NCBI GenBank assembly: GCA_031835245.2
Contig: JAVKOQ020000067.1
Location: 1-64,000 of the forward strand
Origin: Balamuthia mandrillaris
Taxonomy: Eukaryota
Reading direction: 5' to 3'
DNA length: 64,000 nucleotides
Under the pieces are notes generated by a model that had not been told where the DNA came from, ran no database searches, and worked only from the letters and a program-made list of their open reading frames with translations. This document shows positions 16,196 to 27,816 of the stretch, piece by piece. The position numbers and the translations under genes were made by a program. How positions within the stretch are numbered: position 1 is the first letter of the stretch; each line of letters begins with the position of its first letter.

Positions 16196-17147
16196 CTTTT
16201 GTTTGTCCGTTGTGTAAAAAAAAAAACGGCCACCTTAATTAATTTGAGGAGGTCCAATTTCTACAAAAGCTTGGACCTCAGTTTTTATGCCGCGGGCAAA
16301 CGCTGCGCCAGCAGGAAAAAAATAAAGGGTAGCCCCTCATGTAGAAATTGGATAACTTCAGTGTAGTTATTTGCAGTACATGTTGTCCAACAAGTGAAAA
16401 AAATTGCCAACAAGAACAACAACAACAAAATATCATTCACTTATTTCTGGGTTGAGTTGACCCTGTTGGCCAAAACTAAAACGAAAACTCATTCCCGTAC
16501 AAGACAACACCAAACGTAACCTGCCCACCCACCCCCCCACCAAACAAAAAGGAACGTGTTTCTTAGTCAAACAACCCAGCTACAAATATATATACGACCC
16601 AGCAACCAACCCCCCACTCCAACCCGCCTACCTTCGTTTCTTTTTATTTAGTTTTTTTAATACTTCTTTACACCAAAACCCTCCTCCTCTTCCTCCTCTC
16701 CGTCGGAACAAAACTTTAAAAAAAAAAAGCGTAGCAACAACAACTTGACTTTGCTACGTTTTTTTCTGCTGCCTTATTTTTTGGGGTTTGTTTTTGTTTC
16801 TGAAGGGAAAAGCTACCACTGCCATTCACCTGCACTGCCCCCCCCTCTTCCCCTCTCTCCTCAACCCAACCCCTACACACACACCAACAACAACAACAAA
16901 AAAACCCCCAAAGAGAGAGAACAGAGAAGAGGAGAGAGAGAGAGCAAAGGAGAACAACTACTCAGTACCTCTCCTCTTTTATTTTTTTGTTCTCCTGGAT
17001 AAAAAGGTATCGTATGTTAAACCAAAACAAAAACATAAAACAGAACAGAACAAAATCCCCCCCACACGAACCTTCGACTAGACTTTGACTCACCAAAAAA
17101 CAAACAAACACGAAAACTTTATTTCAGGACATCAGGAGAAACATCAA

Positions 17148-19962
17148 ATGCACCATCGAGCGCCTGCTGGAACTCCTCCTCCGACTTCTGCCAATGCCAA
17201 CACCAGTGCTTCCGCCTCGCTCTTTTGCGCCTCCGCCACTTTGTCGCCGGTCAACCATCGGGCAACAACGGGTCTACCTTCCCAACAACCCCAACCCCAG
17301 CCTGCTGCTTCTTTCCTAGGGGAGCTTCAACGGCCAAACGCTTCTTCTTCCTCTTGCTTCTCCTCGCCTCCCCAATCCCTACGACAGTCCACCACCTTGC
17401 CCCCCCTTTCTCCTTTGAACGTGAACCTCGGCATGAGCCTTAACTTGCCTTTGCCCTCCTCTTCCTCCTTTTATTCCCCTTCTTCCTCAACGTTAACTCC
17501 GCCTTTTGAGGGTGCCGTCCAGCCGTCCAACAACATGTCATATCCCCATTTTCCTATTGCTCCGTCCTCTTCTCGCCCTCTTTGTTCTTCCACAACGGCG
17601 CCTACCTCTCTCTCTTCTTCTAGAGACGGAACGAGCTGTTCCCCTGCCAGCAGTTCGGGACTTCTCAAAGGCAAAACCTTCTACCTCGATGTAACTACTG
17701 CATCCCTCAGACAGCAGCTGTGCGCGCAATTGTGCTCTCTTGGCGCTGTTCGTATCCCCTTTCTCTCTTTTTCTCTCTCTCTCTCTCTCTCTCCGCCAGC
17801 AATGACTAACCATTATTTCTCTCTTCCACATCTGGAAAACAGACTGTCCATCCTTTCTTCTCCGACGCGGTGTCTCATATGATAACCGACCGCCACATTT
17901 CTTCGGAGGAGAAACGACAGATCATACAACAAAACCAACAACTTGCCGCCGGTCGGTCCGCCTCCTCTGAGAGATCGGGCGTTTCTCCGCCGCTATCTCC
18001 TCCATCCACCTCCTCCTCTTCCTCCTCTTATCCGTGCAGCAGCGCTGCCAACGCCAACGAAGGTTGTCCTTCTCCACTGTCTTCCGCCTCTTTCTATCCT
18101 CCTACCGATCGATCCAACGCCTCCGATCCCGAATCCAATGAAAGGTTTGTCCTCTCTCTCTCTCTCTCTCTCAATGTTTCTCTAGTGGTTAACATATTTT
18201 TCTTTCTAAAACACAGTTCACTAATCTCCCAACTTCGAAGCCTGAAGAAGTCTCATCTATCTTCTTCTGCCACCACAAAGAGATCCTGTCCTCGCCAACA
18301 ATCCACTAAAACCTTAAGCCCTTCCTCTTCCTTTTGTTTTCCTCCTTCGCCAGCTTCCTCGTGTACTTCTCCCATGTCGTTTCCTCATCACCACCTTCAG
18401 CGGATCCTCAATCCTTCCTCTTTGCCGCTACCATCTACCAACCACAATGTTGTTTCTGCTCCTTCGGGCTTGGCCCTTATCGGCTTGGCTTACAGCCTCA
18501 ACAAAAAGATTTACCATGTGAACAGTATCCTTTTCAACTGTCCTTATTTTCTTCCCTTCCTTAAGTTTCGTTTTCGCTCGTTCTTTCTCTTTCTTGTTTG
18601 TATTAGCCTTACATTGTTTTACTTAAAGAATTTCAACCGTGGTTGGATAAACACTGTTCGGAGCTCAAATCAACAACTACGGCAGGCTTTCCTCATCTTC
18701 AACAGCATTCCCAACAAAGAGCTTGTAATAACAAACTCCAACTTCAAATGCCATCTCAACGTTGTCTTCAAGCTTCTTCTGCTCCTTCTTCTTCAGGTGT
18801 TGTGCCAACATCGTTGCTGGGAGCAGACCCCATCTCCATTATTGCCGGCTCTCCTTGTCTTGCGCCTCCTCCCATTTCCATTCCGATTCCCATTTCCATG
18901 CCTCATTCTTCGACCCCAAACCTTCTCCAAAACGACACCATTCAGCAACGACAGCGACAACAACCGCAACATGCAGGTTGTGCTTCTTCGTTGGAACAAC
19001 CTTCTCTTCGTTTTCCGTTTGATCTTCGGCCAAAAACCAAGTACATCATGGTTGAAGGTTCGTTTACTTTTTAACAAAACCATTTACTCTTATAGTAGTA
19101 ACACTACGAAAAAAATAGATTTAGAAGGAGCGTTCAAACCGATTTGCAAACACTTTACTTGTGATGGAAGTTCCGGCTCCGAGGTTCCCACTCTCAACTT
19201 CAACGCCCCTAAAGGATGCTCTCCTTTCACTTCCTCTCCCTCCTCCTCTTCTGCTGTGGATAGAAGAACAACTGCAATCACCTCTAATTTAAACAACAAT
19301 CGATCCGCACCTTCAGTTCTTCTCCCTTCTCCAACTTCACCTTTTCTTCAAAATGACAACCACTTCTCAGCGACACCAACAATTTCATCGTCAGTAAAAC
19401 GGAAACGGAAAAAGACGGATACAACAACAACATCAAAGAGAAAAAAGAGGAGCATCAACAACGGACAAACGTCAACGAGCAGCCTCTTCTTCGCGTTGTC
19501 CTGTTGTTATTGTATTAGATAGTGAAGAAGAAGAGCAACAAGAAAGCAAGAAAGAAGCAGAACAGCAACAAGAAGAAAACGAAGCAGGAGAAGCGACGCT
19601 AGCAAGTGCCTAACAGCCCTTCTCTTCCTTGTTTTCGACTTCCGCCTTTGGTTCTTTCTTCTGCATCTTCTTCGCGTTGTCCTGTTGTTATTGTATTAGA
19701 TAGTGAAGAAGAAGAGCAGCAAGAAAGCAAGAAAGAAGCAGAACAGCCAACAAGAAGAAAACGAAGCAGAAGAAGCGACGCTAGCAAGTTGCCAAACAGC
19801 CCTTCCCTACCTTGTTTTCGACTTCCGCCTTTGGTTCTTTCTTCTGCGGCTTCTTCCTCATCACCTTCGTCATTTGTATCTTCTACAACACTCAACAATG
19901 GTGGCGGTCAGCCGTGGAGCCTGCATCTGCCTCCTCCCTTTGTACCCATCATCAACGTTTAA
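17148..19962 (+). CDS. DBF4: Dbf4/ASK-like Cdc7 regulatory subunit (motifs N and M; low-complexity, multi-exon)
   Basis: Motif N/BRCT-like: LKGKTFYLDV...LCSLGA..PFFSDAVSHMITDR. Motif M: KYIMVE|DLEGAFKPICKHF...PTLNFNAPKGCSPF. No motif-C zinc finger was seen, and the 3' end is uncertain. Confidence 0.6.
19485..19848. repeat. Tandem duplication of ~181-183 bp
   Basis: TCTTCTTCGCGTTGTCCTGTTGTTATTGTATTAGATAGTGAAGAAG... begins at both 19485 and 19666; the first copy has single-base deletions relative to the second. Confidence 0.9.
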
Positions 19963-20079
19963 CCTGATAAAAAACCCTTTTTTTTTTTCATCTTCTTCTC
20001 TCGATTCGCTGCTCTCCCCCATCGATGATGCTCCTCTTCAAAGAGAGTTTTACAAGTGCAAAATCGTTTGTTTCTTGTT

Positions 20080-20593
20080 TCATCCTTTGATACCATCCAA
20101 CACAGCTTCGTACGAAGCACTCGAAGGAGCGGCCTCCAGCAATGCAATCTCCTGCCTTAAATACCGCTCCAACGCCTCCAAACTGGTTGTCACGCTCGAC
20201 TTGTGCTCCATCATCACGTTCAACGTCTCAAAGATGCACTCCGCCACGGCCTCCTTCTCCTCCTCGCACTTTCGCTGCAACTTCTCCAGCTCTGCATTGG
20301 TGGCGGAGAGCTTCTCTCGACTGTCTTTCGAGAGGCGTTCCGCCTCCTGACGAAGTCGTTCCGCCTCCTTCTCCAGACGTTCCGTCTGTTGGGACTTTTG
20401 TCGGAGGGCCGAGAGAAGCGACTCCTTCTCTTGGTGGTATGTTTGTTTGAGCTTTTGGGCGAGGTTCTCCAGGGTTTGTACTTCTTCGCGCCGTTCGGCC
20501 ACCAAGTCCTCGTTTGCCTCCAGTTGGTCCAATACCCGCAGTTCGGTTTCTTGTGCTTTGTACACTGTTTGAAGAAACGGGGCGTTTAGGGTT

Positions 20594-20624
<31 letters not shown>

Positions 20625-22098
20625 AGCGTTTACCTTTGCTAACGAGGGAGGCATGAAAAGCTTCAAGCTGTGTCCTGACCTGACCCTTCAAATCGACATT
20701 CATCATCTCCGCCGCCGTGGCCGCGTGCGCTTTAAACGACAAGCCCGGCAAACATATCTGCGTCTCTTCCGTTTCTTTCTTCTCTGCCCCTCCTTCTCTC
20801 CTTTCCTTCTTGGTCTTCTTCACTGAGGTAAGCCGCAGCTCCGTCGACAGGGTGTTAAACTGAAAGATGAGTCGCTCCACATCATCCATACACTTGGAGA
20901 TGCTCATCTCTCTCTCCCAAATGGTCTTCTCCACTTCCGCCTTTTGGGCAGTGATGGATTGCAAGGTCTCCTCCAAAGAGGCCTTGGCCTTACAGATGCG
21001 TTCCACGTCCTCGGGGCTCAAGTCTTGAGCGGCAACGATGGAAGCCAGCTCCTCCCTTTCCGCGGCAACCCGCTCCATCTCCTCCTTGGTTTGTTGACAT
21101 TGCATGGCAAGGGCTTCCACCCGTTCAATACAGGCCTTGCGTTGGGCTTCCAGTTTTTCAGCATATCGTTGAAACTTGACAATGTCCTCCTCAAACTCGT
21201 TCTTTTTGCGACTCAGGGTTGCAATGCGAGACTGTTGAGAAGAAAGCAAGCGTGTAAGAAAGACAAACCTTGCCAAGCAAGAAACGGGGAAGACAAAGAG
21301 ACGTACAGGTTCGTTTTCCAAGCGTTCAGCTTCACGAGCAAGTTGCACATTTTCTTCTGTTACAATGTCTGCTTCACGGCAGATAACTGCATTCTTTTCC
21401 TCTTCAAGAATGGGGGAGTCAGAATCTCTTCGCCGACGATAAAAAGGAGGGACGCCATGAGAAACACAAACGTACCAAACTTCTTTTGAAACTCTGCTTC
21501 CAACAGGCTAAAGTTTTCCTCTCCTTGGAGCCACCGCTCGTACGAAGTGGCCATATAGTTGAAAAACAGCTTTTCTTGATTCTTTTGCTCAAACTCTCCG
21601 GTGCCCTCGTCCTCTTCCTCACGAACGCAAATGTCATACTCACACAGGTCCACCAGCCACACCAACGCCGCCAAGATGTGTGGCCATACGTGAGGACTCC
21701 CTGGTGACATTAGTTGACTCTGTATAAGCGCAAAAGAGAATACATGAGGACCTGTTCCCATCCGCAACAACAGCTACTAAAGAGAAAGAAACAAACACAA
21801 CATAGAACAGAGAACATACTTTTGTAAGTTTAACAGGATAGCCGAGATCTCTGAATAACATCGGGACTTCTTCCTGGAGGTTTTCCGAAAAGTGGTGCGA
21901 AGGGTCGACCACCAGATAGAGGAACCGAAACATGTTAAAGACGTCGCGGGCATTGGGTGCATTCTGCAAGTTGGGGATCTGTTCGCTATATTCGTTCTGC
22001 AACAAAAAGTTGACCAACCGTTTGGCGCTCTTCCTCATGTAGCCCTTATCCTTCATGTTTGTCCTCGGATCTCTTTTGTTTTGAAGTTGAGTTAAAAC

Positions 22099-22129
<31 letters not shown>

Positions 22130-22453
22130 CAAGTCATACCGGAGAGGTTCGTTCAAGAGAGACATGCGAGGATTCAGAGAGGCACCACGACTCATCCGGT
22201 TGCCGGCAGTCGATGTGCTGCGTGACCTAGAGCCGCTCAGCGAGGGATTGCGCGACAGCGTGCCTCCGCCAAGAGAGGGCTTGGGGCCGCCAGCCATGGA
22301 GGGACCCCTTGTGCCTCTTCTCTGTTGTTGGCTTTGCGGTGGATTGGGATTTTGGGGTTTGGTGGACTGCCGCCGACTGGGCGGACCCAGAGAAGGCCGG
22401 TTGGTGAGATTGGAGAACGCGCTTCGAGGCATGCCTGGGGCGTCGTGTGACAT
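20080..22453 (-). CDS. NDC80: Kinetochore protein NDC80/HEC1 (multi-exon)
   Basis: Basic Ser/Arg-rich tail, DPR..KDKGY, LVNFL, EEVPMLFRDLGYP, SPGSPHVWPHILAALVWL, followed by a long coiled coil. Confidence 0.9.
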
Positions 22454-23078
22454 TCGCTGTTTGCAAAGGATTATATGGAGCAAAAAAAAAAAAGATCAAA
22501 AGGATTATTGACACAAAGCTTCTTACAGCTGTGTCTCTCTCTCTCTTTCTATATTTTTTAGGGGGAGCTTTTGGATAACCGCTCAAGAGGAAACCGTTAG
22601 TATGCAACGGGAAAAAAAAAGCGCGCGGGAAAACTTTTTTGGCGGGAAGTGATGTCACTGAAAACTCCTCGGGAATGGAATGAAAGAAGGAAGAAGGAAA
22701 TCGGCGAGACCCTTTCTTTCTCTTTTTTTTTTGTGAGTTTTATTATTATTTTCGTGTTGTTTGTTTGCTTGTTGCGCGGTGATCTGCTCCTCCTTTGCAA
22801 ACCGCACAAAAAAGAGAAAGTGTGGCGTTGTTTCTTCCAACACCAACGAGCCCTTTCTTTTTACGATCCGGAGTTGAAGGTAAACAAAAAAAAAATTCTT
22901 GTCCATTCCTTATCTTTTTTTTTTGGCTTGTTTTTTTTTTGATTCTTTCCAACCTCCTCCTCCTTCTCCTCCTTTTTTGACCTTACCAACAACAAAACCG
23001 TTGAACACTTCAACCATTTTATTTTATTTTTTTTTTGATTTAAAAAATCCCGAAAACCAAAAGCCAATTGATTGAAAA

Positions 23079-24255
23079 ATGGTTGTCGTCAACCAACGCA
23101 AAAAACTCGACCAAGAGAAACAGCAACTCCAAGCAGAAGAGGACGGGCAAGGAGAAAGACTCTTGGACCTCTCCTCTTCCTCCTCCTCCTCCATCGATTC
23201 TGTCTCCTCCTCCTCCATGCTCGACGGGAAGCACCCTCCGACTCCGCTCCTCTCCCCGCGGACCATGATGATGACCTCCACGACGTACGTGAAGGGGGCG
23301 GCCAGGGTGTGTCGCCTCCACGAGACGCCGCTCTACATGCGGGGCAACGAGTACGTGCTCACCGGCTATCGCGTGGACTTTACCTTTTGGCAGGCCCTGC
23401 AGAGCATTTTCTGCGTGCACAACGGTTGGTTTGCTTGTGCTTTGTTGTTGTTGTTCTCAATGCGTTCTTGCCTTGTCTTGTTGTTTCGTTTTTCTTTCTT
23501 GCTTTCTCGTCACTTCCTTCTTTGTTGTTTGAGTCTCTTCTCTTCTCCCCTTTCTCGCCATTTCTTTCTTTACACGTCTCGTCCTTCTCGTTTCGTTGCG
23601 TTGCTGTAGTTTCTTGCTTCCTGTTGTTTCCTTTTGTTCTCTCTGGTCCTTCCTAGCGTTCGTTGTCGTTTTTCTTTCCTATCTCCTGCTCTGTTTTGCT
23701 TATTTCTCTAACAAACAACCACATATCAGAAACAATGAACATTTGGACTCGTAAGTGATTGCTCTTTTGTTTTTTCGTTGTCATCATCAACCACTTAACA
23801 CGTTTTAAACTTTGTTTTTTCCTCCACTATAGATCTTTTAGGGTTCTTCTTTTTCGTGGCATTGATACCCTATTCTTTGGCGACGTGGCTTGCTGATGCG
23901 CCGTTCGCTGATCAGTGCATGTTTTGCGTGTGGGGCGCCTCCGTTGCCTTTCAAAACTTTGCTAGTTCTTACTTTCATTGTTTCTCCTGTACTAACAAAG
24001 GGTCTCTCTCTCTCTTCCTCCTTTTTTTCTTGTATATTTTCTCACATACTTTATTGCTTTATATGTTAGTCACTTCCACTTTGGAGCACGTTTGGACTAC
24101 ACAGCAATAGCAGTGCTCATAGTGGGCTCCGACTATCCCATCTTCCAGTTCCTCTTTTACTGCCACACCTTCTGGAAGTTCTTTTATCTCTCCGTCTTTA
24201 CTGTCACCGGCATAGTGGCCATTGTTCTTTCCTGGCATCCTTATTTTGCTGTTAG

Positions 24256-24298
<43 letters not shown>

Positions 24299-24913
24299 AC
24301 TCTCCTATTTGCTGTTTCTCTGCTTTGCTTTTTGTTCGCTTGTTATCAACCTGTCACTTTGCAAACAACTACAACAATAAATACATCAGAAACCGCACCT
24401 GCAGGCATTGCGAGCTATGGCCTATATTGCCATGGCTTTGTTCCCAGTTTTGGCCATCCCGCATTACGCCTACCTCATTCCGAGCTTTTGGATTGCCTTT
24501 CCTTGCTTGTGGCGGCTGTTGATGATGGGGGTAACTTACATTGGTGGAGCCTACATCTATGCCACTAAGATCCCTGAAAAGTACTTCCCGGGTCGCTTCG
24601 ATGTGGTATTTATTTCTTCGTTTCTTAGCTTCTCCTTCGTCTTTATTTTTTATTTTTTGTGTTCAATCTTCTTTCTGTTATCCTTGTTACTCGTCTTGTT
24701 ATTCTTCTCTCCATCATTCTCAACTTTCTTTTGGCTTAACATCTCTCTCACTCACTCTCTCTCCAGTTTTCGAGTCACGTCATTTGGCATTTGTTCACGC
24801 TCGCAGCTGCGTGTTGGCACTACAGCGCCATCAAAGCGGCGTACGCCATGCATCTCGAACACACAGCAACCTGCCCTGAGGAGGAGAACGCACTGCTGCT
24901 CACTTTGGAATGA
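23079..24913 (+). CDS. PAQR / adiponectin-receptor (Haemolysin-III related) membrane protein
   Basis: PLYMRGNEYVLTGYR, SIFCVHN|ETMNIWT, SSYFHCFSC, LDYTAIAVLIVGS, YATKIPEKYFPGRFDV, SHVIWHLF. Confidence 0.9.
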
Positions 24914-25182
24914 ATGTACGAAGTGAACGTATCGAAATATGTAGATTGGTCTTCTGTTTGGTCCGTTGCAAGAACGAGGGCCAGCATTCTAATATCTCAT
25001 CTTTGGTGGACTACTAGGAACAACACAACTGTTGATGACTGTCCAATATGGTGGACGGAGGGATTTTCACACAAACATCTGATGGAAAGGAGACAAAACC
25101 AAAAACAAAAAAATAAAAACATCAAAAAAGTGCTCCAACCTCTTTTCTTTATTTTTTTTTGTATAATCTGTACTTGTTAAAC

Positions 25183-25231
<49 letters not shown>

Positions 25232-25450
25232 TTCTCCCTCTCCCTCTCTCTTCTCTCCTCCTGCTCTCTCCTCTCCCTCTCTCTTCTCTCCTCCTGCTCT
25301 CTCCTCTCCAGATCCATTTTTGTCGACTAGCCGGACAACATGACGTCAACAATCTCTCTTTAAAGTATTGATGACGTCTGATAATGTCGACAAATAAGAT
25401 CACCTAGAAAAATAAAAATAAAAAGAAAAAAGTGAAAAGAAAAGAAAAAA

Positions 25451-26521
25451 ATGAAATGGAAAGAAAAAGGGAAAGCGCTGCTGGTGGGTCGGCTGCGCCT
25501 CAACCGGCGCGTCCTCGTTGGGCTTTTCCTGGGCCAGGTCCTGTCCCTTCTGGTCACCGGCACGGGCATCACCAGCCAACTCCTCGCCGCGCGCCACCGG
25601 GTCAACCTCCCCATCACGCAGAGCTCCCTCAACTACCTGCTGTTGCTGCTTCTTTACCTGCCTTGCCTCATCTACCTTCGTCACTTTTCTTCCTCCTCTG
25701 CTGCTTGTTCTTCTCGGAGAGAGAAGACGAAGGTGAAGAAGCAGGAGGTGGAGGAGCCGGAACGTTTGTTGTATTGGTCCGATGAGCGTCGGCTCGGAGC
25801 CGAGAGTGATGAGGAAGAAGGAGGAGAGGAAGACGTGGTGGTGAAGAGAGAAGGAGGAGAGGAAGAGGAATGCGGAGAGGAGGAAGATATGGTTCGTATT
25901 TTGCCGGCTGCTCCTGCTGTTGCTGCCGCCACCACTCCGCTCAAAGCACAACTTGGCCAAAACATACCTCAAAGGTTTCCTTCTTTCTTGTTCTTGTTCT
26001 TGTTCTTGTTCTTGTTCTTGTTCTTCTTCTTCTTCTTCTTCTTCTTGTTCTTCTTCTTCTTCTTGTTCATCTTCTTCTTCTTGTTCTTCTTCTTCTTCTT
26101 CTTCTTCTTTTTCTTCTTCTTCTTCTTCTTCTTCTTGTTCTTCTCCTGTTTACATGCGTCTCACTTCCTACCCAAAAACGAACAACCAAACCAAAGCGTG
26201 ACCAAGGTCCTGAAAGAAAAGTGGTGGTTCTATCTTCTCATCTCGATAGCCGATGTGGAGGCCAACTTCCTCGTGGTCAAAGCCTACCAATACACCACCA
26301 TAACGAGCGTCATGCTGCTGGACTGCTTCAGCATTCCCTGCGTGATGCTGCTGACTTTTGTGCTGCTGCGCACCAGATATCGCCCTCTGCACTATGTTGG
26401 CGTGCTGCTATGTTTGGCGGGTTTGGCCGGTCTAGTTGTGGCTGACGCAAACTACAATCGAGAACATGGTAAGCTTCTCTTTGCTTCGTTCTTGAATCTT
26501 TTTCTTTCTTCTTCTCATTCT

Positions 26522-26553
<32 letters not shown>

Positions 26554-27361
26554 CAAGGAGGAGGAAGCAAACCGCTTTTAGGAGACATTTTGTGTCTTTG
26601 TGGCGCTTTGCTCTATTCTCTATCGAATGTGGGGCAAGAAGCATCCGTCAAACGGTTCGACAGAGTGGAGTTCCTTGCGATGATCGGTCTCTTTGGCTTT
26701 CCCATTAACTTCATGCAGGCTTCTCTTTTAGAATATCAAGAATGGAAGTCAACGACATGGAACACTCCTGTTGGCACGTTGTTCTCTTCATGAAAACTCT
26801 TACATATTCCTTTTCTCTTACCATTTTTTAAAAAATAATGACAGTATTGTTGATGTTAGGCTTTGCGGCGTGTCTCTTTCTACTTTATTCGCTGACTCCG
26901 TTCGTGCTGCAAATGTCAGGTTCTACTATGTTTAATCTCTCTCTGTTGACATCGGATGGATTCGCCATTATTGCTGGCATTTTTTTGTTTGATCATGTGG
27001 TAATGTTTTTCTCTTTTCCCTTCTCTTTTCTTTCTTTTTTATCGTTTGAAACGCTCTCTCCCTCTTCCTTCTTCCTTCTTCATCTTCTCTCTTTGAAATG
27101 GTATTTTTGTATTAATATTTTTTCATTTATCTGCCCTACTACATCCGCTATGGCTCTTCATTACTGTTTGCTTGTTATTTTCAGCCTTCTGTGTTTTATT
27201 TTTTGGCATTAGGCGTGATCGTTGTTGGCCTATTGTTGTATAATGCAACTTCCAGTCATCAACCACCTGATAGCGAAGCTTCGACTGTAACCACGACAGC
27301 CACGACGACGACGAAACAAAGCGACTACGAAGAGGTAGCCTCCGCTTATGTCATCACATAA
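25451..27361 (+). CDS. SLC35F: Solute carrier family 35 member F1/F2-like (DUF914) transporter
   Basis: LFLGQVLSLLVTGTGITSQLL, P.TQSSLNYLLL, DVEANFLVVKAYQYTTITSVMLLDCFSIP, GDILCLCGALLYSLSNVGQE, STMFNLSLLTSD. Start codon uncertain. Confidence 0.88.
25980..26145. repeat. Intronic (TTC)/(TTCTTG) microsatellite
   Basis: Directly visible. Confidence 0.9.
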
Positions 27362-27478
27362 CTCCGAACAAAGGTGTTTGTTTGTTTGCTTGCTTGTTTT
27401 ATTCCGTTTCTCTTTCTCTTTCTCTTTTTTCTTTCTCTTTTTCTTCTTTCTTTTCAGCTATTTCTCCTTCTAGTGTCG

Positions 27479-27534
<56 letters not shown>

Positions 27535-27816
27535 ACGCTTGTTTTCTCTTGAGCGATGAAGAGGCACGTTTACCTTTCCTTTATTTTTTGTTTATATAAT
27601 TAATTTGATAATTATGAAATTAACAGAAAAATTACCCCAAAACAATAAAAAAAATATAACAGACAAAGAAAGGGAAAAAGAAAACAGACCGCTAAGAACG
27701 AAAACGCAGGGAGGCTCTTTTGCTCTTCCCGTATCAAAGGTTGCTCCCTTTGTATTTTATTTTTTCTTCAGTGTATTTTTATTTTGAGTTTTATATTTGT
27801 AGTTAATCGCAAAAAA

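Larger units (their letters stand above)
11891..16335. mobile_element. Candidate RAG1/Transib-like DNA transposon (two convergent genes)
   Basis: Perfect 9-bp inverted termini GGGCTACCC (11891-11899) / GGGTAGCCC (16327-16335), plus a 24-bp inverted block matching 19/24. Flanks are GTCAT / CTCAT. Contains a DDE transposase gene. Boundaries are tentative. Confidence 0.6.

Noticed and set aside
11815..16363. Alternative CAC-starting termini (CACCGACG at 11815 or CACTGCGG at 11962, versus rc CACTGAAG ending ~16363)
   Set aside because: Only 6 of 8 bases match and there is no 4- or 5-bp target duplication. Weaker than the GGGCTACCC pair, though not fully excluded.
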